The translations under genes and the position numbers were made by a program. The notes under the pieces were generated by a model. It was given only the letters and a program-made list of their open reading frames with translations, searched no databases and had not been told where the DNA came from. Source: a virus (taxonomy: Duplodnaviria > Caudoviricetes). From it: a stretch of DNA of 53,508 nucleotides. Location: positions 1 through 53,508 of IMG/VR virus record IMGVR_UViG_3300049173_000142; one strand, 5' to 3'. Below are positions 1 to 8,243 of this stretch, one piece after another (within the stretch, counting starts at the first letter, position 1; each line of letters opens with the position of its first letter).

Positions 1-1164
1 ATGAAAAAAGACACGCCCGCACAGAAAAACACGCCCGGCACCGCTTGGAATTGTCCAAAGGTTCCGGGTCTACGGCTTCGGCATATGGCAACGAAGTCGG
101 TCTATTACCTGTCCTATCGCCCGCGCGCGGGCGGCGTACACCGCAACATGAAGCTAGCCGACGAAAGCATTATGACGCTTACGGCGGTGCGCGAAATGGC
201 AAAGGCGATATTGGCCCGCGTCGCGAACGGCGAAGATCCCGCCGGGAAAAAGAAGGAACTTGCCGAACGGCCGACTATGGCGATGCTCAAAGAGCATCAT
301 CTGAAAAAGCACGCCGACACTAAGAATAAATCATCCTGGGCGGAAGACGTGGAAGCCTACTATGACAACCACGTAATACCGCATTTCGGTGCTGCTAAAG
401 CCGTTGCCGACGTAACCGAAGCCGAAGTGAACGACCTTCATTGGAAGATGCGGAAAACACCGGCGGCCGCTAACCGGTGCATGTCGATGCTTTCGAAGGC
501 GTTTTCACTAGCGGAAAAATGGGGATGGCGGCCCCGGAATTCTAACCCGGAGCATGTCGATCGATACAAGGAAAACAAGCGGAAACGGCTTCCAAAGGCC
601 GACGAAGCGGTGCGGCTTCTGGTAGCCATCAACAACTTGCGGGCCGACAATCCATGGTTCGCCGGGCTCATCGAGCTATTGTGTTTCACCGGTGCCCGTA
701 AAAACGAAATCATGTCGGCGAAATGGGCGTGGATAGAAGAAGACGGATTGCACTTGCCGGACTCGAAGACCGGCGAAAAGGTCGTCGCGCTGTCGCAAGA
801 GGCGCGCGAAGTTCTGAAATCGATACCTCGCCAGAAAGGCAACCCGTACATCATCCCCGGCCATATCAAGGGCGCGCATCTGGTGAACTCCGCCAAGCCA
901 TGGGCGGCGCTCTTGAAGTCTGCCAAGGTCGAAGGACTACACATGCACGACTTACGCCGCTTCTTCGCATCAGCGGGCTTGTCCAGCGGCTTGGACCTAT
1001 CGACCGTCGGCGAACTACTTGGACATATGGAAGCGTCTACAACGAAGCGCTACGCCTTCTTGCTAGCAGGCGAATCCCAAAAGGCGGCCGACGTCGCTTC
1101 GGAGCGGGTAAAAGACATAATGACCGACGGTGGAAAGATCGCCCAACTCCGTCGGAAAGCCTAA
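1..1164 (+). CDS. int: Tyrosine recombinase (phage integrase) with N-terminal arm-binding-like domain
   Basis: Catalytic motifs TGARKNEI (R), DSKTG (K), HDLRR (HxxR), LLGH (H), TTKRY (Y). Confidence 0.95.
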   Translation: MKKDTPAQKNTPGTAWNCPKVPGLRLRHMATKSVYYLSYRPRAGGVHRNMKLADESIMTLTAVREMAKAILARVANGEDPAGKKKELAERPTMAMLKEHHLKKHADTKNKSSWAEDVEAYYDNHVIPHFGAAKAVADVTEAEVNDLHWKMRKTPAAANRCMSMLSKAFSLAEKWGWRPRNSNPEHVDRYKENKRKRLPKADEAVRLLVAINNLRADNPWFAGLIELLCFTGARKNEIMSAKWAWIEEDGLHLPDSKTGEKVVALSQEAREVLKSIPRQKGNPYIIPGHIKGAHLVNSAKPWAALLKSAKVEGLHMHDLRRFFASAGLSSGLDLSTVGELLGHMEASTTKRYAFLLAGESQKAADVASERVKDIMTDGGKIAQLRRKA

Positions 1165-1182
1165 AACTTCCCCGCAACTTCG

Positions 1183-1211
1183 TTGACGGTGCAGTATACG
1201 CAATGCATATT
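1183..1211 (+). promoter_or_regulatory. Sigma70-type promoter of the small XRE gene, overlapped by a 15-bp operator (1195-1209)
   Basis: TTGACG-N17-CATATT; ATG lies 7 nt after the -10; TATACG-CAA-TGCATA spans the spacer and -10. Confidence 0.6.
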
Positions 1212-1218
1212 GGAAAGC

Positions 1219-1458
1219 ATGAAAGACATGAAGTACCGCCGGGAATTCGCATTGCTGTTTGAAAAGGCGCAGTTGCAACAAACGCAACTCGCGGGCTACC
1301 TCGGCGTGTCAAAAGTAACAGTCAACAGATGGCTTAAAGAGCGCGACGACGCGGTAGACCCACCTTGGTACGCGCTCCAATTCTTGCGGCTCTATATGAT
1401 GTTGCCGGAAGCGCTACGGTCCCGCGTCATGGTGCAGGAAGATTTGCCGAAGCAATAG
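1219..1458 (+). CDS. Small XRE-family helix-turn-helix regulator
   Basis: LQQTQLAGYLGVSKVTVNRWLK HTH; start moved from the TTG at 1183 (a -35 box) to ATG 1219. Confidence 0.8.
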   Translation: MKDMKYRREFALLFEKAQLQQTQLAGYLGVSKVTVNRWLKERDDAVDPPWYALQFLRLYMMLPEALRSRVMVQEDLPKQ

Positions 1459-1460
1459 TT

Positions 1461-1826
1461 CTATCGGTGAAAAAACCGTGTCAGCCATTCGAAGGAATTT
1501 GCAAGACTGACACCGAGCGCGGCACCGCCGAAGCCGACGACGCCAAGCGCCCCGATCCCCATCAGCTTCCACCGCTTAACCTCGTCGGTAACAGTTTTGC
1601 TGTCTTTGACTTGTGTACTGATGGTGGCAATGTTGGTTTTTATGTCGGCTACTTCATTGACAAGATCGTCCATGCGGCGATGAACCTGGGCGCGCTTTTC
1701 ATCGGCTTCGCGATTTTCTGCACCGGCGCGATTTTCCGATGCGTCAAGATCCCGGCGTAGTCTTTCGACAAGTGCCGTCAACGAGCCAATCGCCTGATAG
1801 ATATCATGTAGGCTCGTAGGTGCCAT
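1461..1826 (-). CDS. DUF1515-like coiled-coil protein with C-terminal TM helix (lysis-cassette associated)
   Basis: Coiled coil followed by VKRWKLMGIGALGVVGFGGAALG, typical of rhizobial prophage lysis regions. Confidence 0.65.
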   Translation of the reverse strand: MAPTSLHDIYQAIGSLTALVERLRRDLDASENRAGAENREADEKRAQVHRRMDDLVNEVADIKTNIATISTQVKDSKTVTDEVKRWKLMGIGALGVVGFGGAALGVSLANSFEWLTRFFHR

Positions 1827-1831
1827 GTCGA

Positions 1832-2008
1832 TTATACCTTGCAGTAGCTATCGTGAGCGGCGTTGTTCTGCCGGATTTGCAGCGTCGTTTCTGGCGTGTC
1901 CTTGCTGGAATACGTGATAGCTGGAAATAGTTTGCACAACGCGCTATCAGTCCCGCCGGTATGGGTCGTCCCGCACGCTGTCAGTAGGCTTGACACTGTT
2001 ACGAGCAT
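1832..2008 (-). CDS. Putative outer-membrane spanin (Rz1-like lipoprotein)
   Basis: Lipobox LLTA-C; overlaps the 3' end of the putative i-spanin; start uncertain (2008 or 2044). Confidence 0.65.
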   Translation of the reverse strand: MLVTVSSLLTACGTTHTGGTDSALCKLFPAITYSSKDTPETTLQIRQNNAAHDSYCKV

Positions 2009-2189
2009 TAGCTGCGTCCGCAATATTTTGAAGCTGGCGGGCATTCTCTACGGCCTCCTTAGCCTGATCGTCTTTGTTTGCCGCCGCGCGGCCTTTGATA
2101 TACGCACCGCCAACCGCCGCCAGAATGGCGGCCAATCCGATAAGGAGTCCGTTTCCACCCGAAATCAGCGCAAAAAGGGATTCAAGCAT
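1947..2189 (-). CDS. Putative inner-membrane spanin (Rz-like)
   Basis: N-terminal TM helix then Ala-rich helical periplasmic part ending DDPYRRD; follows the holin. Confidence 0.65.
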   Translation of the reverse strand: MLESLFALISGGNGLLIGLAAILAAVGGAYIKGRAAANKDDQAKEAVENARQLQNIADAANARNSVKPTDSVRDDPYRRD

Positions 2190-2430
2190 TTTTCACCGCG
2201 TCCCGAACGGCGGCCGGTCCGGCCGCATCCTTCGCGAGGTCTTTGACTGCCGCGTTCTGCTTGTTAATCCGCCAGCGGTCATAGAGCCACCATACGAGCG
2301 TGACGGCGTTCATGCCGACGCCTACGAATGCATCGGATGCGCCACTATCAAGTAGGCCGCGCGCGACAAGCATACCGCCGATGACTTGCAGGATTTGACG
2401 CAAAATCGGGATCAGAAGATTGATTGTCAT
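2182..2430 (-). CDS. Putative holin
   Basis: 82 aa, two TM segments (LRQILQVIGGMLV; VGMNAVTLVWWLY), basic C-terminus, adjacent to endolysin. Confidence 0.7.
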   Translation of the reverse strand: MTINLLIPILRQILQVIGGMLVARGLLDSGASDAFVGVGMNAVTLVWWLYDRWRINKQNAAVKDLAKDAAGPAAVRDAVKNA

Positions 2431-2434
2431 AGCC

Positions 2435-3289
2435 TTATCCTTTCTTGAAAAGGCTGATTACGATGGCAACGAGCGCCTCCCAAAACGACGCTTGGACTTC
2501 CGTCGATGGCGTCGCCGGGATTGGTGTTTGCGGCTGCACGGGAACCGGCGGCGTTATCGGCGCGGGAACCGGCGCTGGCGTCGGCGAAGCCGACACAGTG
2601 AACGGCCCGGCGGCCTTCAATGCAGAAAGGAATGACTTCGCGTAGGCCGCGATTTTATCGTCTTCGTCGGTGCCGTTGACGACGGCCCGCGAGCCGACGA
2701 AGTCAACCTTGATGCCTGGTTTGATGTAGTCGCCGAGTCTCTTTCCGGTCCACCATCCTTCTTTGTTTCCAAGGAAGAGCGAATGAGCCGAAATGAAAGG
2801 ATCGCCGCGCTTGTCGGGATCCGCGACCAAATCGATACCGAGACCGAATGCGGCATTTAATTCGCGCGTCGCGCGTACCGCGTTTGCCCGGCCGGTGTTC
2901 TGTACGTCGCCTTCGCCTCGAAACCGCCAGCCGTCGCCGCTGGCTTCGTCGCCGTTGCCGTTTCGGTTTGCATAGGCGCGGTTCGCGATGCGCTGCGGTT
3001 GCCGTGCGTATGCCTGTGCTTGAGCCGCTGTAAAATACTTCGCGAACACTTGGCGCAAGCGTTCGGCCGAATAGTTCAAGTTTTCCGTAACCGGCTGCAT
3101 CGTCGCGCCGGTTTCGTGGTAGCTGGTCGCGAGGTCATAAGACAGAAATTCAATCGGGTCGGCGGCGTAGTAGCTCGCCCAGGTGTCAAGTAAACGCTCA
3201 AGGCCGTTAACCTGAGACTGTGAAAGACCAGAAGCAAAAAGGCCGGAACCGCTGTTCCGCAAAGCCGCATAAAATATTGCCCGGTCCAT
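2435..3289 (-). CDS. Endolysin, glycoside hydrolase family 19 (chitinase-like)
   Basis: HETG..ENLNYSA, IANRAYANRNGNGDEASGDGWRFRGEG motifs; Pro-rich linker and hydrophobic C-terminus. Confidence 0.9.
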   Translation of the reverse strand: MDRAIFYAALRNSGSGLFASGLSQSQVNGLERLLDTWASYYAADPIEFLSYDLATSYHETGATMQPVTENLNYSAERLRQVFAKYFTAAQAQAYARQPQRIANRAYANRNGNGDEASGDGWRFRGEGDVQNTGRANAVRATRELNAAFGLGIDLVADPDKRGDPFISAHSLFLGNKEGWWTGKRLGDYIKPGIKVDFVGSRAVVNGTDEDDKIAAYAKSFLSALKAAGPFTVSASPTPAPVPAPITPPVPVQPQTPIPATPSTEVQASFWEALVAIVISLFKKG

Positions 3290-3293
3290 CTGT

Positions 3294-3365
3294 TGAATCC
3301 CTGTAAACGCGTTGACGTTTTGTAAACGCGTCTAAGGCGGCTCGCTATCACGGAAAAGGGAAACG
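3294..3365 (-). repeat. 72-bp duplicated regulatory leader, copy 1 (upstream of endolysin)
   Basis: Matches 9642-9713 with 2 mismatches; contains the RBS region, a 17-bp operator (3311-3327) and a GAATC site. Confidence 0.95.
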
Positions 3366-3373
3366 CCGGGCGG

Positions 3374-4633
3374 CTATTCGGGCAAGTCGATGATATCGCC
3401 GCCGCCTGTCGGCGCGTCGGGCTCAACCGGTTCGGCCGGAGCATCCGGGTCGATCTTGTCGTCGTCGGTCGGCTTCGTCTTTTTGACGCCGCTTGGAACG
3501 TCCGCCTGTTTTTCTGTGAACAATTCGGCGTCAATATCGGTCTGGTAGCCACTGGCGTCGTAGTGATGCTTCACGCTCTTGATGCGCCATTCCGCCGGAA
3601 TGTATGGGCGTATGTTTTGAAGGATCAATTTCGCTTCGGCTTGCACGGTCGGGTCGCCGACGATGGTGCAGGAAAAAGCGGCCCTCCCGCGCTTCGATTG
3701 ATTGCTGTACGCATCCGTCGCGGCGGTCGCCTCGGCTTCATTATGATAGGTGTATCTAAGGTCGTGGTAGGGCTCTTTCCCGGTGACGACTTCTTTCTTT
3801 TCGCCGCTACGAATATCAACCCAATACGCCCGGACGCCGCCTTTTTCTTCGGTGTCGCCGCCGCTACCTTCCGGCGAAATAATATCGCCGGTGAACTGAT
3901 CCGATTGTGACAAGCCACTATCGCCCGCCGATTGCTGGTCGGTGCCGCCCTCGCCTTCGCCCTCAAGTCCGCCAGCTTCGCCCGCTTCGTCGCGGGCCGA
4001 ATAGATGAAATGCCAATTCACCATTTGGTTTTCGTTCAAGGTGACAACGGGTAACTCGCCGCCGGTGATGCTCTTGCCGGTTCCGCGCTTCGCCGCCGCC
4101 AGCTTGCCGGACACCGGTTTTGCGACGCCGTCGTGCATTGCAGCAAGACGCGAAGCAAAGGCCATATCCGATTCATTATGCTGGTCAATATGGCGGATAA
4201 CGATGCCCGATAACGCGGGATCAACCTTCGCTTCATAGCCATTGCGCCCGGCGATTTCCTTCATGATCGCGCCGAACGTCATTTGATGATAGCTCTTCGT
4301 CTTCGGCGTGCGGAAGCTCTTGTTCATCGCGGCCGACCGGCCGGATACGCACAATTGGCGCGGCGGGCTTTGGATCTTCAAATCATCGATAAGATATGAT
4401 CCCATCGAAACCGCGACACCGTCTTTATAGCCTAGCGTGACTTCGACAATGGAACCGATAATAGGAAGAGCGACTACGGCCGCGTCGTTATACCGGGCGC
4501 GGTCGTCTATCGTGATTGACACACTATCGGACTTGCTTTCCGCTTCGTCGGTAACATCGACGGATATCAGCCGGTCGCCCAGGCTGGTTGTTACGTCTTT
4601 CCCGGCGCTTGTAATGCGGCAAATGGGCTGCAT
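3374..4633 (-). CDS. P2 GpD-like late control/baseplate hub protein
   Basis: RLISVDVTDEAESKSD, IDQHNESDMAFASRLA motifs; follows tail X; start ATG 4633 or 4645. Confidence 0.88.
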   Translation of the reverse strand: MQPICRITSAGKDVTTSLGDRLISVDVTDEAESKSDSVSITIDDRARYNDAAVVALPIIGSIVEVTLGYKDGVAVSMGSYLIDDLKIQSPPRQLCVSGRSAAMNKSFRTPKTKSYHQMTFGAIMKEIAGRNGYEAKVDPALSGIVIRHIDQHNESDMAFASRLAAMHDGVAKPVSGKLAAAKRGTGKSITGGELPVVTLNENQMVNWHFIYSARDEAGEAGGLEGEGEGGTDQQSAGDSGLSQSDQFTGDIISPEGSGGDTEEKGGVRAYWVDIRSGEKKEVVTGKEPYHDLRYTYHNEAEATAATDAYSNQSKRGRAAFSCTIVGDPTVQAEAKLILQNIRPYIPAEWRIKSVKHHYDASGYQTDIDAELFTEKQADVPSGVKKTKPTDDDKIDPDAPAEPVEPDAPTGGGDIIDLPE

Positions 4634-4635
4634 CG

Positions 4636-4851
4636 TTATCCCCATATCCGCATGATTGGTGTCGTCTTCGGCCGTGGTAGGTCTGGCAAGAATATCTTCA
4701 CGCCAGCGTTGAGGCGCGCGCCAAGCCGGGCTAGACCCCGGTTCCCTTCATAGACAGTCTCAAGCGCAAGCGCTTGCTGTCCTAGCGGATAGTGACGCCA
4801 GCATATTTCATCGACCATATCGCCGTCGCTTGTCCGGTAGGTTTCGGCCAT
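4636..4851 (-). CDS. P2 tail protein X (LysM-like)
   Basis: YRTSDGDMVDEICWRHY...LNAGVKIFLPDLP...IWG. Confidence 0.9.
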   Translation of the reverse strand: MAETYRTSDGDMVDEICWRHYPLGQQALALETVYEGNRGLARLGARLNAGVKIFLPDLPRPKTTPIMRIWG

Positions 4852-5249
4852 CAGATGAATCCCCCATCGCTTCCGTAGCTCATCAATTCGAGCGTGAATT
4901 CTTGCTTCTTCGGGGATCCATCCCGATTGAAAATCGACTGCTTTTCGTCAATGCTGGTTATCGAAAACATGCCGAATATCCGGCCGGAACCGGACACAAG
5001 GAAAAATGGCGTTCCTAGTTTCGCCATTGATCGCATTGATTCAATCTGATTGAAGCCGCCCCGGAAGTGTGGGTAAATCACGCCGTCAATATTGATGGTC
5101 GTATGACCTTCGCCGATGAACTGCAGCGCGGGATGACGCCCGATGCGCTCTTGCGACTCCCAACGGAAATGGTCGTTTCGTTCAAGGTTTTGGTAAGCCG
5201 CTGTTTCGAGGCTAAACCGGAATGGTCCAAGTCCCATCATTGTCGCCAT
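4851..5249 (-). CDS. P2 GpU-like tail protein
   Basis: MMGLGPFRFSLETAAYQ..RW..PALQFIG..QEFTLEL. Confidence 0.9.
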   Translation of the reverse strand: MATMMGLGPFRFSLETAAYQNLERNDHFRWESQERIGRHPALQFIGEGHTTINIDGVIYPHFRGGFNQIESMRSMAKLGTPFFLVSGSGRIFGMFSITSIDEKQSIFNRDGSPKKQEFTLELMSYGSDGGFI

Positions 5250-5257
5250 GGCTGCAC

Positions 5258-7312
5258 CTAATCCGAAAGAGCCGACAACGATTGTTGTCTCGCGGCTTCT
5301 GTGTTTGCTGCCAACGCGGCGCGGACCGCCGCGCCGACTTCGGCCGGTGTTCCCTGCCCGCCCTGCACGATGATCGAACCGACGCTAGTGCTTGCGTCGA
5401 TAGATTGCGGCTGATGGACTAGGAGCGGTTCCGGAATTGTAAGGTTCGCGGCCTGGACGCTACCAGCCTGCACAACACCGGTTTCAACGGTGCCCGTGGA
5501 TCCGCCGCCCGATGGAATCGGCGTTGGCATTTGGATGCGCGGGCCGGACATAGCGGCGTTGACGCCGACGCTCCGCGCGAGCGAGTCCATAGCAGGCGTG
5601 TTTAGGCCGCCCGTGATAGGAGCGCCGCCCGTCGCCGAGACATTAAAACCAAGGCTTGTCTTCAAGCTATCGGGCAAGAAGCTTATCAGGTCATTGACGC
5701 TTGATTTGAACCACGAAACAACGCTTCCCCACATGGATTTGAGGCCGCCTAAAAATGAACTGATGGCGTTCGCGCCGACTTGGTAGAGTTTGAAGCCTAG
5801 CTCGGTACTAAACTTTTCGTACGCGGCCATAAGTTCTTGAATCCAGCCCTGCACTTTGCCGAGCCCGGAATTCAAGCCATCGACAAAGGAACTGACAAGC
5901 TTCGTCCCTTCGTCAATCAAACTGATGCCGGTAAAATATTTAAAGATAGCGTCAATCGCCCGCGCGATATGAGTAGCGGGCGAAAACTCAATCAACAGTT
6001 GCGTGATACCTTGAATGAAACCGCCGTCGAAAGCCGCCGTAATCGAAGCCCATACGCCAGCAAGATAGGATTTCAGCCCTTCCCATGCCGCCGATATCCC
6101 CGTGATGACGGAGTCCCAATTCTGATAAAGCAGATACCCGGCCGCGACCAGCGCCGCGATACCCGCAAGAATCCAACCTATCGGCGTCGAAAGGATCACG
6201 ATGCCAAGATTGACGAACGCGACGCCGACCATCGCCAAAGCTGAAATCAACGGCCCGCCAATCCACAAGGCAATTCCAAGCATTGCCGCCTTGAACGGCC
6301 CGCCGACGAAGTCAACGACCGGCTTGATAGCGGTTAGGAACGAATTAAACCCGGCGGACACATCGGCCAACTGCATGCGAATTTCCGACGTCGGATTGAC
6401 GAGGTCGCGCATGAATTTCGTAAGGCTCTTGACCCATTCGCCGATAGTGGAACGGACCAGCATTTTGTTGGCGTCGTACCATTCGGTAACGCCCAGCACC
6501 GCATCGTTGAAGACCGGCAAGAGTTGCACCGCAACGAACGTCTTGAGCCCGTTCAACTTAATCATCAGCCGGTCGATGTTATCGCCGAAGTCGCCGCCCA
6601 AAGCGGCCGCACGTTCCGACATAATGGAACCGGAGTCCCGGGCTTCCTTGCGAAGCTTCGCGAGCCCGTCGGTGCCATCCGACAGCATTTTGACCATATC
6701 AACGCCGGACTTGCCGAACAGTTTGAAAGCCAGCTGGTTACGGCGCAACGGGTCTTCAATCTTGGCAAGCTGTTTCATGGTCTGGTCTAGGACCGATTCC
6801 ATAGGACGCATTTTGCCGTGGGCGTCTTTCAATGAAACGCCCAGGCTCTTGAAGTCCTTCGCCAAACCCTTATTGCCGCGACTTGCCTCGGCGGCATTGA
6901 TGCCAAGTTTCTGCAAACCCTTGTTCACGGTTTCCGCTTCGACGCCGGATATCTTGGCCGCGTAGTGCCATTCCTGAATCGCTTCGGTGCCTATGCCTAA
7001 CTTGAAATGCAGTTCATCCAGAGCCGCGCCGACGTCGGCAACGTTCTTCACCATGCCAAAGAGCGCGACACCAATCGCACCGCCGCCAACGCCAATCGCA
7101 CCGGCGAACAAGCCGAGTCGGGTCGTCGTGCGACCTAATGCGGATCCTAGTCCTGTTATCCGGTTGCCAAGGTTCCCGGCGGCTTTCGCGATACGGTCGA
7201 AGCCTAGACGATTGGAGAGAGCCGCCAGCCGGGCTTGAATGCGGCGGATTCCGGCCGTGACGCGGTCAACAAGCGTAAGCTTAATTTCGGCTTCGGCGAC
7301 TTGCTTACCCAT
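5258..7312 (-). CDS. Tail tape measure protein
   Basis: 684 aa Ala/Gly-rich helical protein with KLFGKSG and TPIGWILAGI..LYQNWD motifs; follows the chaperones. Confidence 0.92.
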   Translation of the reverse strand: MGKQVAEAEIKLTLVDRVTAGIRRIQARLAALSNRLGFDRIAKAAGNLGNRITGLGSALGRTTTRLGLFAGAIGVGGGAIGVALFGMVKNVADVGAALDELHFKLGIGTEAIQEWHYAAKISGVEAETVNKGLQKLGINAAEASRGNKGLAKDFKSLGVSLKDAHGKMRPMESVLDQTMKQLAKIEDPLRRNQLAFKLFGKSGVDMVKMLSDGTDGLAKLRKEARDSGSIMSERAAALGGDFGDNIDRLMIKLNGLKTFVAVQLLPVFNDAVLGVTEWYDANKMLVRSTIGEWVKSLTKFMRDLVNPTSEIRMQLADVSAGFNSFLTAIKPVVDFVGGPFKAAMLGIALWIGGPLISALAMVGVAFVNLGIVILSTPIGWILAGIAALVAAGYLLYQNWDSVITGISAAWEGLKSYLAGVWASITAAFDGGFIQGITQLLIEFSPATHIARAIDAIFKYFTGISLIDEGTKLVSSFVDGLNSGLGKVQGWIQELMAAYEKFSTELGFKLYQVGANAISSFLGGLKSMWGSVVSWFKSSVNDLISFLPDSLKTSLGFNVSATGGAPITGGLNTPAMDSLARSVGVNAAMSGPRIQMPTPIPSGGGSTGTVETGVVQAGSVQAANLTIPEPLLVHQPQSIDASTSVGSIIVQGGQGTPAEVGAAVRAALAANTEAARQQSLSALSD

Positions 7313-7487
7313 TTCCCGCGCCCTTTTTCGGCATTCTGTCGGCGGCCAATTGCCGCCAATAGTTCAATTCCGAAACGTCCATTTCCAACATTTCGGAAGG
7401 CGGCCAATGGAAGACGACCGCCAAGTCAGCCATAAGGTTTGCAGCGGCTTCCCAACTTAGCGTCGAGCCCGCTTCCCCATAAAACCC
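7305..7487 (-). CDS. GpE'-like frameshift extension of the tail assembly chaperone
   Basis: Slippery G GGT TTT at 7481-7487; the -1 frame reads ...MADLAVVFHWPPSEMLEMDVSELNYWRQLA, the P2 GpE' motif; absent from the ORF track. Confidence 0.88.
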   Translation of the reverse strand, partial: GFYGEAGSTLSWEAAANLMADLAVVFHWPPSEMLEMDVSELNYWRQLAADRMPKKGAGNG

Positions 7488-7723
7488 TCGATGATCTTTG
7501 AAATCGCCTCAATGTCTTCGCCGTCCAATTCGTCAACGCCTTCCGGCGGCCAATTCGACAACAGACGGATGATAAGAAAGGTCTTTTCGGTCGTATCGTC
7601 TTCGCGTGTGATCGCGCGCAAATCCTTGCCCTTGATGCGGCGAAGAGGAATGAAGGTATGCTCTTTACCTTCGAAAGTGACCGGCACTTTTAGAGTGTGC
7701 CGGGTTTCGTTTAGTACGTCCAT
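7457..7723 (-). CDS. Tail assembly chaperone (P2 gpE / Mu gp41-like)
   Basis: LKVPVTFEGKE..LRRIKGKDLR..VDELDGEDI..IIEGF; AAGGAA RBS before ATG 7723. Confidence 0.88.
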   Translation of the reverse strand: MDVLNETRHTLKVPVTFEGKEHTFIPLRRIKGKDLRAITREDDTTEKTFLIIRLLSNWPPEGVDELDGEDIEAISKIIEGFMGKRARR

Positions 7724-7739
7724 GTCGGGATTTCCTTGT

Positions 7740-8243
7740 TTAGATACCGATGTTGTCGCGGTGCGCGGCAAGCTGGTCGATGCCGCCAAACTTGCGGATC
7801 ATGTTGAGAATATCGATTTCGCAATATTCTTCGTCCTTCTGGCGATACCGGAAATAGCCAAGTTCGGCCGTCAAAGTCTGCGTTGACTTCGTGCCCGGTT
7901 GCCACTGTCCGAACGCTAGTCCGGCGAAGAGCCCGCGCATGTTCACGACAACGGACTCCGGTGCCTTCCCTTGCTCTTGCACGGAACCACGGGCAACGAT
8001 TGCAACGTCATCCTGTCCCATCAGTGCGATAAGCCGGGTATCGGCGTCGGATATGACCATGGAAGCCGAAAGCAATTCCATGCCAAGTTCGATGGAACGC
8101 GGTCCATCCATGCCACCGGCGCGATGACTTTCCCGAACGAAGTTGAGTTCGGGAAGCGTGATAGTATCCGCCCGGCCCGCATAGCTGCCGCCGTCAAGAT
8201 ACAAGTTGAAGCTTTTCAACTGGCGTGGAAGTGCAGAGGCCAT
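7740..8243 (-). CDS. Major tail tube protein (P2 FII-like)
   Basis: LPRQLKSFNLYLDG.SYAG..LP..HRAGGMDG..EIDILNM..GIDQLA. Confidence 0.93.
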   Translation of the reverse strand: MASALPRQLKSFNLYLDGGSYAGRADTITLPELNFVRESHRAGGMDGPRSIELGMELLSASMVISDADTRLIALMGQDDVAIVARGSVQEQGKAPESVVVNMRGLFAGLAFGQWQPGTKSTQTLTAELGYFRYRQKDEEYCEIDILNMIRKFGGIDQLAAHRDNIGI

